Assembly: GCA_041320535.1 (NCBI GenBank)
Contig: JBGLNH010000001.1
Coordinates: forward strand, 7,670 to 71,669
Reading direction: 5' to 3'
Origin: Candidatus Aminicenantes bacterium
GTDB taxonomy: Bacteria; Acidobacteriota; Aminicenantia; Aminicenantales; Saccharicenantaceae
DNA: 64,000 bases
Shown: positions 29,682 to 39,091 of the stretch, in pieces
Layout: every line of letters starts with the position of its first letter
How positions within the stretch are numbered: position 1 is the stretch's first letter
Translations under genes and position numbers: made by a program
Notes under the pieces: model-generated
Database searches by the model: none
What the model was told of the DNA's origin: nothing
Seen by the model: only the letters and a program-made list of their open reading frames with translations

Positions 29682-31112
29682 ATGAACGTCGAAACAACCG
29701 TCCTCCTAACGATCCTCATCCCCATCCTCGGCTCGTTCGCGGCCCCTCTCGCCGGCCTCGCCGGCGGGCGCGTCAGGTCGGTCTGGGCCGTCCTGGTGAG
29801 CGGCGCGACGGCCGTCTTGCCCCTGACGCTCCTCTCCTTCGCTCTGCAGGGAGGGGAGCTCGTCCTTCGCAAGACGCTGGCCCTGGGCTTCGACCTCGTC
29901 CTCGTGGTCGATCCCCTGTCGATCTTCATGGCCGCCGTGTCCTCCTTCATCGGCTTCCTCATCGTCGTCTACTCGCTCGGCTACATCCGCCGCGAGGAGA
30001 ACCAGAACGAGTATTACCTCATGGTCCTGCTCTTCATCGGGGCGATGATGGGCCTCGTCTTCTCCGGCAACCTGGTCTTCCTGTACCTCTTCTGGGAGAT
30101 CATCGCCATCAGCTGCTGGCGGCTCATCGGCTTCCACCGCGAGCCGCTCCACGTGCGCAAGGCGGACAAGGCCTTCCTGGTGACCTTCTTCGGGGCCGTG
30201 GTCATGCTCCTCGGCTTCATCCAGATCTACGGCGTCACCAACACCTTCGACATCACGGCCATGCGGGGGACCCTCATCCCCGGCCCGGCCGTCCTGCTCA
30301 TCCTCTTCGGCATGTTCTCGAAATCGGCCACCGTCCCGCTCCACACCTGGCTGCCGGACGCCGGCGTCGCCCCGACCACGGTCACGGCCCTGCTCCACGC
30401 CGCCGTCCTGGTCAAGATCGGCGTCTACGCCTTCGCCCGCCTGTTCCTCTACACCTTCCGGCTGCCCGACGGCTGGCAGGAGGCGCTGCCGATCGTCGTC
30501 ATGGTCTCGAGCCTGGTCGCGGCGGGGGCGGCCGCCGTGGAGAACGACTTCAAGAGGATCCTGGCCTATTCCACGGTCAGCCAGATCGGCTACATCTTCC
30601 TCGGCTTCAGCGTGATGAACGCCGCCGGCGTCTCCGGATCGCTCCTGTTCATCCTCATGCACGGGCTGGCCAAGGCCGGGCTCTTCCTCTGCGCGGGGAT
30701 CGTCATCCACGCCGTCCACACCAAGGACATCCGCGAGATGGGCGGCCTGATCAAGACGATGCCGGTGACGGCCGTGTCCTTCCTCGTCTGCGCCTTCTCG
30801 GTCATCGGCATCCCGCCCTTCGGCGGCTTCTTCTCGAAGTTCCTGGTCATCCTCGGCACGGTCCAGGCCGGCAAGACGTGGGTCGCCGCCCTGGCCCTGT
30901 TCACCGCCGTCCTGACGATGTACTACCTGTTCAAGGTCTTCTCGATGGTCTTCCTGGGCGAGGCCAGGCATCCGGCCCCCGAGAAGACCCAATCCATGGT
31001 CTGCGTCGTCGCCGTCCTGGCCTTCCTCAGCCTGGCGGCCGGCCTCCTCGTCGCCTTCCCGGCGAAGCTGACGAACATCGCGACGACGCAGATGAGTTGG
31101 TGGCTCCGATGA
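29682..31112 (+). CDS. Mrp/Mbh antiporter-like subunit (NuoL/M/N-MrpD family)
   Basis: 476 aa, polytopic. HTWLPDAGVAPTTVTALLHAAVLVKIGVY proton-antiporter signature. Confidence 0.85.
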   Translation: MNVETTVLLTILIPILGSFAAPLAGLAGGRVRSVWAVLVSGATAVLPLTLLSFALQGGELVLRKTLALGFDLVLVVDPLSIFMAAVSSFIGFLIVVYSLGYIRREENQNEYYLMVLLFIGAMMGLVFSGNLVFLYLFWEIIAISCWRLIGFHREPLHVRKADKAFLVTFFGAVVMLLGFIQIYGVTNTFDITAMRGTLIPGPAVLLILFGMFSKSATVPLHTWLPDAGVAPTTVTALLHAAVLVKIGVYAFARLFLYTFRLPDGWQEALPIVVMVSSLVAAGAAAVENDFKRILAYSTVSQIGYIFLGFSVMNAAGVSGSLLFILMHGLAKAGLFLCAGIVIHAVHTKDIREMGGLIKTMPVTAVSFLVCAFSVIGIPPFGGFFSKFLVILGTVQAGKTWVAALALFTAVLTMYYLFKVFSMVFLGEARHPAPEKTQSMVCVVAVLAFLSLAAGLLVAFPAKLTNIATTQMSWWLR

Positions 31113-32977
31113 CGCCCAAAATGCTTCTCCTCCCGATCCTCCTGCCGGCGGTCCTCGCCGCGGTCCTCCTCGTCCTGCCGCGGACGCTGCGCCTCCTGCG
31201 CGACGTCCTGGCTGTCGCCGGGGCGGCGGTCCTCGTCTATTACGGCTTCGTCTTCTTCGCCGCGAAGGACCTCCGCTTCGCCGTCCCCTGGCTGGGCATG
31301 GGCATCGATTTCGACCTCCGGCTCTACCACTTCTCGAGCTTCATCCTGCTCGCCCTGGCCGGGTTCCTGCTCCTGATCGCGCTCTACGCGACGGTCAAGA
31401 TGAAGGACGCGCCCCGCTCGCGCGAGTTCATGGCCTACGTCTTCCTGACCGCGGCCTTCGCCAACGGGGCCGTCCTGGCCAACAACCTCGTCCCCCTCGT
31501 CTTCTTCTGGGAGGGCCTGCTCGTCACCCTCTACGGGCTGATCACGATCGGCGGGCGTCCGGCCTCGGGCCGGACGGCGGTCAAGGCCCTGCTCATCAGC
31601 GGCTTCTGCGATTTCTGCCTGATCCTGGGCATCGGCCTCCTCTGGACCATCGCGGGGACGGCGACGATGTCCGAGATCTCGGTCGCGCCGACCGGCCCGG
31701 CGGCCGCGGCCTTCGTCCTGATGATGATCGGGGCCGCCGGCAAGGCCGGGGCCATGCCCTTCCACACCTGGATCCCCGACGCTGCGGTCGACGCGCCCGT
31801 CACCTTCATGGCCTTCCTGCCGGCCGCTTTCGAGAAGCTCCTGGGGATCTACCTCCTGGCCCGCGTCGCCCTCGACTTCTTCACGATCGCCCCGGGCGGC
31901 GCCATGTCGATCCTGCTCATGATCGTCGGCGCCGTGACCATCGTCCTGGCCGTCCTCATGGCCCTCGTCCAGAAGGACCTCAAGCGGCTCCTGTCCTACC
32001 ACGCCGTCAGCCAGGTCGGCTACATGGTGCTCGGCATCGGCACGGCCGTGCCCTTCGGCATCGCCGGCGGCATCTTCCACATGATCAACCACGCCATGTA
32101 CAAGAGCGGCCTGTTCCTGAGCGCCGGCTCGGTCGAGCACCGGGCCGGCACGACCGAGCTCAAGAAGCTCGGCGGCCTGCGGCGCGAGATGCCCCTGACG
32201 GCCCTCGGCTTCACCGTCTGCGCGCTGGCCATCTCGGGCGTCTGGCCCCTCAACGGCTTCGTCTCCAAGGAGATGGTCTTCCACGGGGCCCTCGAAACGG
32301 GCTACACCGTCTTCGCCGTCGCGGCCTGGATCGGGGCCATCTTCACCTTCGCCTCGTTCCTCAAGGCCGGGCACTCCGTGTTCTTCGGGGAGAGGACCCG
32401 CGAGGTGCCCGCGCTCCGGGAAAGCCCGGCGGCCATCACCCTCCCCATCCTCGTCCTGGCCGGCCTGTGCGTCCTCTTCGGCGTCTACAACAAGCTGCCC
32501 CTGACCCTGTTCATCCAACCGATCCTCGGGGGCCACGTCGAGGCGGGCGCCCACCTCGACTTCACGAGCCACGCCCTGGACCTCTTCAATCCCGTCGCCC
32601 TGATCTCGATCGCCTGCCTCGTCGCGGCCTTCCTCATCCACCGCCACGGCTTCCTCAAGGGCGGGCGCCGGGCCCATCTGGCCTCCGAGCCCATCCACAA
32701 CCTGCCGGGCGTCCGCCGGCTCTACGACCTGGCCGAGCGACGGGTCTTCGACCCCTACGAGCAGGGCGTCAAGGTCCTCCAGGGGCTCTCGGTCGTCCTC
32801 TTCAAGGCCGTCGACCGGCCCATCGATCTCGTCTACGAGAAGATCGTCACCGTCACCGGCGCGAAGCTCACCGGGATCCTGAAAAAGGCCCACAACGGGC
32901 ACTACGCGAACTACCTCGCCTGGTGCCTGGCCGGCCTGATCATCATCGCGGGCGTGGTCAGCCTGCTCGCGAAGTGA
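31109..32977 (+). CDS. Mrp/Mbh antiporter-like subunit, long form (NuoL/MrpA-like)
   Basis: Start trimmed to MTPKMLLLPILL (ATG 31109, ATGA overlap with the upstream stop). 622 aa. PFHTWIPDAAVDAP motif and a C-terminal extension. Confidence 0.85.
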   Translation: MTPKMLLLPILLPAVLAAVLLVLPRTLRLLRDVLAVAGAAVLVYYGFVFFAAKDLRFAVPWLGMGIDFDLRLYHFSSFILLALAGFLLLIALYATVKMKDAPRSREFMAYVFLTAAFANGAVLANNLVPLVFFWEGLLVTLYGLITIGGRPASGRTAVKALLISGFCDFCLILGIGLLWTIAGTATMSEISVAPTGPAAAAFVLMMIGAAGKAGAMPFHTWIPDAAVDAPVTFMAFLPAAFEKLLGIYLLARVALDFFTIAPGGAMSILLMIVGAVTIVLAVLMALVQKDLKRLLSYHAVSQVGYMVLGIGTAVPFGIAGGIFHMINHAMYKSGLFLSAGSVEHRAGTTELKKLGGLRREMPLTALGFTVCALAISGVWPLNGFVSKEMVFHGALETGYTVFAVAAWIGAIFTFASFLKAGHSVFFGERTREVPALRESPAAITLPILVLAGLCVLFGVYNKLPLTLFIQPILGGHVEAGAHLDFTSHALDLFNPVALISIACLVAAFLIHRHGFLKGGRRAHLASEPIHNLPGVRRLYDLAERRVFDPYEQGVKVLQGLSVVLFKAVDRPIDLVYEKIVTVTGAKLTGILKKAHNGHYANYLAWCLAGLIIIAGVVSLLAK

Positions 32978-32990
32978 GAGAGGAGGAGCG

Positions 32991-34472
32991 TTGATCATAC
33001 TCTTCGTGGCCCTGCCGCTCGTCGTGGCGGCTGTCCTTCCTCTCGTCGGCAGGCTCTCCCGGCGCGTCCTTCCCGACCTGCTGGCCAACGCGACCCTGCT
33101 CTTCCTCCTGGTCTACGCCGCGGTCGCCGGCCGCGCCCTCATCGCCGGGGGGCCGGTCCTGCAGCACGTCGCCTGGCTCGGCGAGGCCGTCAACATCCGG
33201 ATGTCCCTCGACGGCTTCAGCCTGTTCATGCTCCTCTCCGTCTCCCTCGTCGGCCTCGCGGCCAGCCTCTTCGCCATCGATTACATGGAGCGCTACGGGG
33301 ACAAGGCGACCTACCACGCCCTCTACCTCATCATGATCGCCGGCATGAACGGCCTCGTCCTCGCGACCGACCTCTTCAGCGTCTACCTCTTCCTCGAGGT
33401 CGCCGCCGTCGCCTCCTACGCCCTGGTGGCCTACGGGCTCGGGCACGACGAGCTCGAGGCGGCCTTCAAGTACCTGATGCTCTCGGTCGCCGCCTCGGCG
33501 GCCGTCCTGTCCGCGGTCGCGGTCATCTTCGGCCTGACCGGCAGCCTCGACTTCGCCGCCGTCGCCGCCGCCCTCGGCGGCCTCGACGCCGGCCCGGCCG
33601 TGGCCATCGCCTCCGCCCTGTTCCTCATGGGCTTCGGCCTCAAGGCGGCCCTCATCCCGTTCCACGCCTGGCTGCCGGATGCGCACCCTTCGGCCCCGGC
33701 GCCCATCTCGGCCGTCCTGTCCGGCCTGCTCATCAAGGTCTCCGGCGTCTACGCCCTGACCCGGATCTTCCTCAACGTCTTCGGCCTGACGCCCGCCCTG
33801 TCGGCCGTCCTGATGGTCCTGGGCACGGTCTCGCTCGTCGTCGCCGCCTTCCTGGCCCTCGGCCAGAAGGACATGAAGCGGATGCTGGCCTACTCCTCGA
33901 TCAGCCAGGTCGGCTACATCGTCCTCGGCATCGGCCTGGGGACGCCGCTCGGCATCGCCGGCGGCCTCTTCCATCTCTTCAACCACGCCCTGGCCAAGGG
34001 GCTGCTGTTCTTGACCAGCGGCTCGGTCCAGCACGCGACCGGGACGCGCGACCTCGACGAGATGGGCGGGCTGGCCAAGCGCATGCCGGTCACGTCGGCC
34101 GCGAACCTCATCGGGGCCCTGTCGATCGCCGGCGTGCCGCCGCTCAACGGCTTCTGGTCGAAACTCATCATCATCATCGCCCTCGTCCAGGCCGGGGAGC
34201 CGGCGTTCGCCGTCATCGCCGTCCTGGCCTCGGTCCTGACCCTCTGGTACTACCTCCTCATGCAGCGGAAGGCCTTCTTCGGCCGGCTCGACCCGAAGTG
34301 GGCGGCCGTCCGGGAGGCCCCCTTCTGGATGACGGCCGCGACCGTCCTTCTGGCCCTCCTCTGCGTGGGGATCGGCATCCTTTTTGCGTCGACCGTCTCG
34401 ACCTGGATCCAGCCCGCCGCGGACGTCCTCGCGGACGGGGTCCGGGCCGCGGCCGGATCGTGGGGATTTTAG
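32991..34472 (+). CDS. Mrp/Mbh antiporter-like subunit (NuoM/MrpD-like)
   Basis: 493 aa with a TTG start. PFHAWLPDAHPSAPAPISAVLSGLLIKVSGVY. Confidence 0.85.
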   Translation: MIILFVALPLVVAAVLPLVGRLSRRVLPDLLANATLLFLLVYAAVAGRALIAGGPVLQHVAWLGEAVNIRMSLDGFSLFMLLSVSLVGLAASLFAIDYMERYGDKATYHALYLIMIAGMNGLVLATDLFSVYLFLEVAAVASYALVAYGLGHDELEAAFKYLMLSVAASAAVLSAVAVIFGLTGSLDFAAVAAALGGLDAGPAVAIASALFLMGFGLKAALIPFHAWLPDAHPSAPAPISAVLSGLLIKVSGVYALTRIFLNVFGLTPALSAVLMVLGTVSLVVAAFLALGQKDMKRMLAYSSISQVGYIVLGIGLGTPLGIAGGLFHLFNHALAKGLLFLTSGSVQHATGTRDLDEMGGLAKRMPVTSAANLIGALSIAGVPPLNGFWSKLIIIIALVQAGEPAFAVIAVLASVLTLWYYLLMQRKAFFGRLDPKWAAVREAPFWMTAATVLLALLCVGIGILFASTVSTWIQPAADVLADGVRAAAGSWGF

Positions 34473-34475
34473 ACG

Positions 34476-34958
34476 ATGATCGTTCAAACTGCCCTGCTCA
34501 TCGGTTTGGTGCTCTTCTCGGTCCTGGCCCTCCTCGTCAAGGACCTGCTCCGCTCGGCCATCTCCCTGGCCGCGGCCAGCCTGCTTCTGGGGATCGTCTT
34601 CTTCCGGATGGGCGCGCCGTACGCGGCCGTCTTCGAGATCTCCGTCGTCGCCGGGCTGATCACGGTCCTGTTCGTTCTGACCATCGCCCTGACCAAGGCC
34701 GGAGACGAGGTCCGCGAGTCCAGGATCGCCAACGTGGTCTTCCCCCTCGTCTTCGTCGCCTTCGTCGTCATCGACGCCCTGGTCATGAAGAGCCTCCTCG
34801 GCAAGGTCCCGGCCCTGGCCGCCGGGGCCGAGACCGGCTCCTTCGGCGAGGTCCTCTGGAGGGGGCGGACCTTCGACCTCGTCGGCCAGATCGCGGTCAT
34901 CCTGGCCGGCGTGTTCGCCGTCCTGGCCCTATTCCGCAAGAGGGACAAACATGACTAA
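34476..34958 (+). CDS. MbhD/E / MrpB / NuoJ-like membrane subunit
   Basis: 160 aa, 4-5 TM. ...LLRSAISLAAASLLLGIVFFRMGAPYAAVFEISVVAGLITVLFVLTIAL resembles the NuoJ/MbhD pattern. Confidence 0.6.
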   Translation: MIVQTALLIGLVLFSVLALLVKDLLRSAISLAAASLLLGIVFFRMGAPYAAVFEISVVAGLITVLFVLTIALTKAGDEVRESRIANVVFPLVFVAFVVIDALVMKSLLGKVPALAAGAETGSFGEVLWRGRTFDLVGQIAVILAGVFAVLALFRKRDKHD

Positions 34959-35259
34959 CACCTGGTACCTCTACCTGTTCTTCGCGGTCGCCCTGATCGC
35001 CGCCGGCCTGCTCGGCCTGCTGGCCCGCCGCAACCTCATCAAGCTCCTGATCGCCGTCGAGATCGTCGGCAAGGGCGTCAGCCTGCTCCTGCTCTCGACC
35101 GGCCTCGACAGGGGCCACATCCTGACCGCGCAGGCCCTGGTCATCACCTTCATCGTCGTCGAGGTCAGCCTGATCGCCACGGCGATGGCCCTGGTCATCA
35201 ACATCTACCGCCACACGAAGGGCTTGGACGTCCGCAAGCTGGCCAAGCTGAAAGGGTAA
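34951..35259 (+). CDS. NuoK/MrpC/MbhG-like membrane subunit
   Basis: 102 aa, 3 TM. LLGLLARRNLIKLLIAVEIVGKGVSLLLL with the conserved membrane Glu. Confidence 0.75.
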   Translation: MTNTWYLYLFFAVALIAAGLLGLLARRNLIKLLIAVEIVGKGVSLLLLSTGLDRGHILTAQALVITFIVVEVSLIATAMALVINIYRHTKGLDVRKLAKLKG

Positions 35260-35262
35260 GCC

Positions 35263-35595
35263 ATGACAGGAATCGGCATCCTCCTCTCCCCGCCCGTCGC
35301 CTTCCTGGTGTTCCTGGCCGCGGCCTTCGTTCTCTACGCCCTGGGCCGGGGCATGGCCCCCAAGCTGTCCAAGGTCGGCGGCAAGCTCACGACCTACGCC
35401 TGCGGCGAGAACATCCCCGGGGTCAAGGTCCAGTTCGGCTACCGCCTCTTCTTCTTCGTCGCCCTGTTCTTCACCATGATGCACGTCGCCGTCCTGGTCA
35501 TCGCCACCGTCCCGGCCGGCAAGATCGTCTTCTTCGCCCTGTTCTACCTCGTCATGATCTTCCTGTCGGTCATGGCCCTGGTCACGAGGAGATAA
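35263..35595 (+). CDS. MbhI/NuoA-like small membrane subunit (tentative)
   Basis: 110 aa, 3 TM, with a loop motif TYACGE reminiscent of the NuoA YECG loop. Confidence 0.45.
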   Translation: MTGIGILLSPPVAFLVFLAAAFVLYALGRGMAPKLSKVGGKLTTYACGENIPGVKVQFGYRLFFFVALFFTMMHVAVLVIATVPAGKIVFFALFYLVMIFLSVMALVTRR

Positions 35596-35596
35596 C

Positions 35597-36016
35597 ATGC
35601 TCAACAAGCTCGCGCGCTGGTCCAGGATCAAGTCGCCCTGGATCCTCCACCTCAACTCCGGCGCCTGCAACGCCTGCGACATCGAGATCGTGGCCGCGCT
35701 GACGCCGCGCTTCGACGTCGAGCGCTTCGGCATCCTGCTCAAAGCGACGCCCAGGCACGCCGACGTCATCATCGCCAGCGGCCCGGTGACCCGCCAGATC
35801 AGGGAGAGGATCATCCGCATCTACGAGCAGACGCCCGATCCCAAATTCGTCATCGCCGTCGGCGCCTGCGCCATGTCCGGCTGCGTCTACCGCGGCTCCT
35901 ACAACATCATGGGGGGCCTCGACCAGGTCATCCCCGTGAACATGTACGTCCCCGGCTGCCCGGCCCGGCCCGACGCCATCGTCGACGGTGTCGTTAAGCT
36001 CCTGGGCAAACTCTAG
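35597..36016 (+). CDS. group 4 [NiFe]-hydrogenase small subunit (NuoB/MbhJ-like)
   Basis: 139 aa. Cluster Cys residues in GACNACDIE, GACAMSG and PGCPARP. Confidence 0.9.
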   Translation: MLNKLARWSRIKSPWILHLNSGACNACDIEIVAALTPRFDVERFGILLKATPRHADVIIASGPVTRQIRERIIRIYEQTPDPKFVIAVGACAMSGCVYRGSYNIMGGLDQVIPVNMYVPGCPARPDAIVDGVVKLLGKL

Positions 36017-36031
36017 GTTCAAGGACAAGCC

Positions 36032-36502
36032 ATGACCGACGCCGAACTCATCGAGAAACTCAAGGCCGACCTGGGTGACCGGGTCGAGATCGCCAACCCG
36101 GCCCCTCGCCGGCTCTTCCTGAAGGTCGCCCCCCGGGTCCTCGTCGACGTCACGACCCGGCTCCGTGACGCCTACGGCCTGGTCTTCCTCTCGACCATCT
36201 CCGGCCTGGACAACGGCGCGACCTTCGAGATCATCTATCATTTCTCGACGCCCGGACAGGACTTCAACATCCGGACCGAGGTCCCCAAGGACGCTCCCCG
36301 CGTCCCCAGCATAACGCCGGTCATCCCGGGGGCCATCCTGTACGAGCGCGAGATCCAGGAGATGTTCGGGATCGTCGTGGACGGCATCCCCGACGGGCGC
36401 CGCCTCATGCTGTCGGACGACTGGCCCGAAGGCCAGTTCCCGCTGCGGAAGGACTGGAGGCACGCCCGGCCCCAGGAAGTCATCCCCGGAGGAGAATCAT
36501 GA
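36032..36502 (+). CDS. NuoC/MbhK-like subunit
   Basis: 156 aa. ...PGAILYEREIQEMFGIVVDG... NuoC signature. Confidence 0.85.
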   Translation: MTDAELIEKLKADLGDRVEIANPAPRRLFLKVAPRVLVDVTTRLRDAYGLVFLSTISGLDNGATFEIIYHFSTPGQDFNIRTEVPKDAPRVPSITPVIPGAILYEREIQEMFGIVVDGIPDGRRLMLSDDWPEGQFPLRKDWRHARPQEVIPGGES

Positions 36503-37701
36503 GCTTCGAGATCCCCATCGGCCCACAGCACCCGGCCCTCAAGGAGCCGATCAGCCTGCGCATGACGGTCGAGGGCGAGGTCATCACCGGCGCCGACATC
36601 CGCCTCGGCTACAACCACCGGGGCGTCGAGAAGGTGGCCGAGGAGAAGAACTGGACCCAGAACATCTACCTCGCCGAGCGCATCTGCGGCATCTGCTCGC
36701 ACTCCCACGCGACCTGCTTCGTCCAGGGCGTCGAGAAGCTCATGGAGCTCCAGCCGCCCAAGCGCGGCCTGTACATCCGCTACCTCGTCTCCGAGCTCGA
36801 GCGCGTCCACAGCCACCTCCTCTGGCTCGGCGTGGCCGGCCACGAGGCCGGCTTCGACTCGTTCTTCATGTACACGTGGCGCGACCGCGAGATCGTCATG
36901 GACCTCCTCGAGATGATCACCGGCAACCGCGTCCACTACGCCATCAACGCCATCGGCGGCGTCCGCCGGGACCTCGACGAAGGCCAGAAGGCCAAGGTCC
37001 TGGAAGGCGTCGCGACGCTGAGGAAGCGGAGCGTATATTATTTCCGCATCGGGGCGACCGAGCCGAGCTTCGTGGCCCGCATCGCCGGCGTCGGCATGCT
37101 CAGCCTGGAGCAGGCCGTCGCCCTCTGCGCCTGCGGCCCCACGGCCCGGGCCTCCGGCTGGGCACGCGACGTCCGCAAGGAGGACCCCTACGCCGTCTAC
37201 GACGAGCTCGACTTCGCCGTCTGCACGGCCGACACCTGCGACGTCCTGGGCCGGGTCGTCGTCCGCGTCAAGGAGCTCCTCGAGTCCTACAACATGATCG
37301 AGCAGATGATCAGGAACCTGCCCGGCGGCGACATCGCCTGCAAGGCCCCCCGCAAGGCCAAGCCCGGCGAGGTCGTCAGCCGCTACGAGGCCCCGCGCGG
37401 CGAGAACATCCACTACATCAAGGCCAACGGGACCGACAAGCCCGAGCGCCTCAAGGTCCGGGCGCCGACCCTCGGCAACTACCCGGCCACGGTGGAGATG
37501 CTCAGGAACGGCTTCATCGCCGACATCCCGCTCATCTTCGCCGCCATCGACCCCTGCATCTGCTGCGCCGAAAGGACGGTGACGCTGATCGGCGCCCGAA
37601 GCGGCGAGGAATCCGTCGTCCGGATGAGCGACCTGCGCCGGCGGGCGCTCGCCCGGCCCGAGAACGCCCTTCTGAAAAGGAACGCGGTATGGCCGTTCTG
37701 A
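36499..37701 (+). CDS. group 4 [NiFe]-hydrogenase large subunit (NuoD/MbhL/EchE-like) with both Ni-Fe Cys pairs
   Basis: N-terminal ERICGICSHSH and C-terminal DPCICCAER motifs are both present, followed by a 41-aa tail. Confidence 0.9.
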   Translation: MSFEIPIGPQHPALKEPISLRMTVEGEVITGADIRLGYNHRGVEKVAEEKNWTQNIYLAERICGICSHSHATCFVQGVEKLMELQPPKRGLYIRYLVSELERVHSHLLWLGVAGHEAGFDSFFMYTWRDREIVMDLLEMITGNRVHYAINAIGGVRRDLDEGQKAKVLEGVATLRKRSVYYFRIGATEPSFVARIAGVGMLSLEQAVALCACGPTARASGWARDVRKEDPYAVYDELDFAVCTADTCDVLGRVVVRVKELLESYNMIEQMIRNLPGGDIACKAPRKAKPGEVVSRYEAPRGENIHYIKANGTDKPERLKVRAPTLGNYPATVEMLRNGFIADIPLIFAAIDPCICCAERTVTLIGARSGEESVVRMSDLRRRALARPENALLKRNAVWPF

Positions 37702-38660
37702 GAACATTCCTCTATCTCCTCGTCTATCCCGGGCTCCTGTTCCTGTTCGTCTATTCGACCTTCTGCGAATGGTTCGACCGCAAGGTCTACGCCAGGCTGC
37801 AGAACAGGATGGGCCCCACGCACACGGGCCGGTTCGGCCTCCTCCAGCCGATCGCCGACTTCATCAAGCTCATGGCCAAGGAGGACGTCGTCCCCGAGGC
37901 CGCGGACAAGCGGCTGTTCTCGGTCCTGCCCGCCTTCGCCCTGGCCGTCGTCGCGACGGCCGGCCTGCTGCTGCCCGTCTGGAACTTCGACCTGGCCCGG
38001 CCCGGCTGGGCGTCCTTCCCCGGCGACATCGTCGTCATCCTCTACCTGCTCAGCCTGCCGACCCTCATCCTCTTCCTGGCCGCCTGGTCCTCGACCAACC
38101 TCTTCGCGACGATCGGCGGGGCCCGCGTCCTGACGATGCTCTTCGGCTACGAGGTGCCGCTGTTCCTGGCCGTCCTGAGCCCAGCCATCCTGGCCGATTC
38201 CTGGCGGCTGGCCGAGATCGCGGCCTTCTACCAGGCCAAGCCCCTGCTCCTCCTGGTCAACGCCCTGGGCTTCCTCGTCGCCGTCGTCTCCGTCCAGGCC
38301 AAGCTCGAGCGGACGCCCTTCGACATCCCGCACGCCGAGACCGAGATCGTCGGCGGCACGTTCACCGAGTACTCGGGCAAGAAGCTGGCCCTGTTCCGGC
38401 TGGCCTTCGACGTCGAGATGGTCGTCGCCAGCGGGCTCCTCGCGGCCGTCTTCCTGGGGGGCTTCCCCGGCGGCGCGGTCGTCGGCTTCGTCCACCTCGT
38501 CGTCAAGACCCTCTTCGTCATCTTCCTGCTGTCGCTCATCCGGGCCACGACCTCGCGGATCCGCATCGACCAGGTCGTCTCCTTCTCCTGGAAGGTCCTG
38601 GCTCCGCTGGCCGTCCTCCAGCTCCTGGCCGTCATCCTCCTGAAGGGATTCCTGAGATGA
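37689..38660 (+). CDS. NuoH/MbhM-like membrane subunit
   Basis: Start trimmed to MAVLRTFLYLLVYPG (ATG 37689). CEWFDRKVYARLQNRMGPTHTG NuoH signature. Confidence 0.9.
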   Translation: MAVLRTFLYLLVYPGLLFLFVYSTFCEWFDRKVYARLQNRMGPTHTGRFGLLQPIADFIKLMAKEDVVPEAADKRLFSVLPAFALAVVATAGLLLPVWNFDLARPGWASFPGDIVVILYLLSLPTLILFLAAWSSTNLFATIGGARVLTMLFGYEVPLFLAVLSPAILADSWRLAEIAAFYQAKPLLLLVNALGFLVAVVSVQAKLERTPFDIPHAETEIVGGTFTEYSGKKLALFRLAFDVEMVVASGLLAAVFLGGFPGGAVVGFVHLVVKTLFVIFLLSLIRATTSRIRIDQVVSFSWKVLAPLAVLQLLAVILLKGFLR

Positions 38661-39082
38661 AAATCGCCGTCTTCCTGCCCGAGCTCCTCCGCCACCTCTT
38701 CAAGAAGCCGGCCACCGTCGACTACCCCTTCCAAAAGCTCGATGTGCCGCCCGATTTCCGCGGCACGCCCTACCTCGATCCCGCGATGTGCATCGTCTGC
38801 AAGGCCTGCGAGAGGGACTGCCCGGCCGAGGCCATCGAGATCACCGACGTCGACCCGGCCGAGAAGCGCTTCAAGATGGTCATCCACAACGACCGCTGCA
38901 TCCACTGCGCCCAGTGCGTCGATTCCTGCCCGACGAGCCCCAAGGCCATGAAGATGGACAGCCTGTACGAGATCGCGACGGACAGCCGCCTCAAGCTCAA
39001 GGCCGAATGGGTGTACGTGCGGGCCGTGCTCAAGCCCAAGGCCGCCGCTCCCGCGGCGCTCCCGGCCGAGCCCAAGGCCTGA
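38657..39082 (+). CDS. NuoI/MbhN-like 2x[4Fe-4S] ferredoxin subunit
   Basis: ATG 38657 overlaps the upstream stop (ATGA). CIVCKACERDCP and CIHCAQCVDSCP. Confidence 0.9.
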   Translation: MKIAVFLPELLRHLFKKPATVDYPFQKLDVPPDFRGTPYLDPAMCIVCKACERDCPAEAIEITDVDPAEKRFKMVIHNDRCIHCAQCVDSCPTSPKAMKMDSLYEIATDSRLKLKAEWVYVRAVLKPKAAAPAALPAEPKA

Positions 39083-39091
39083 ATTCCTTTT

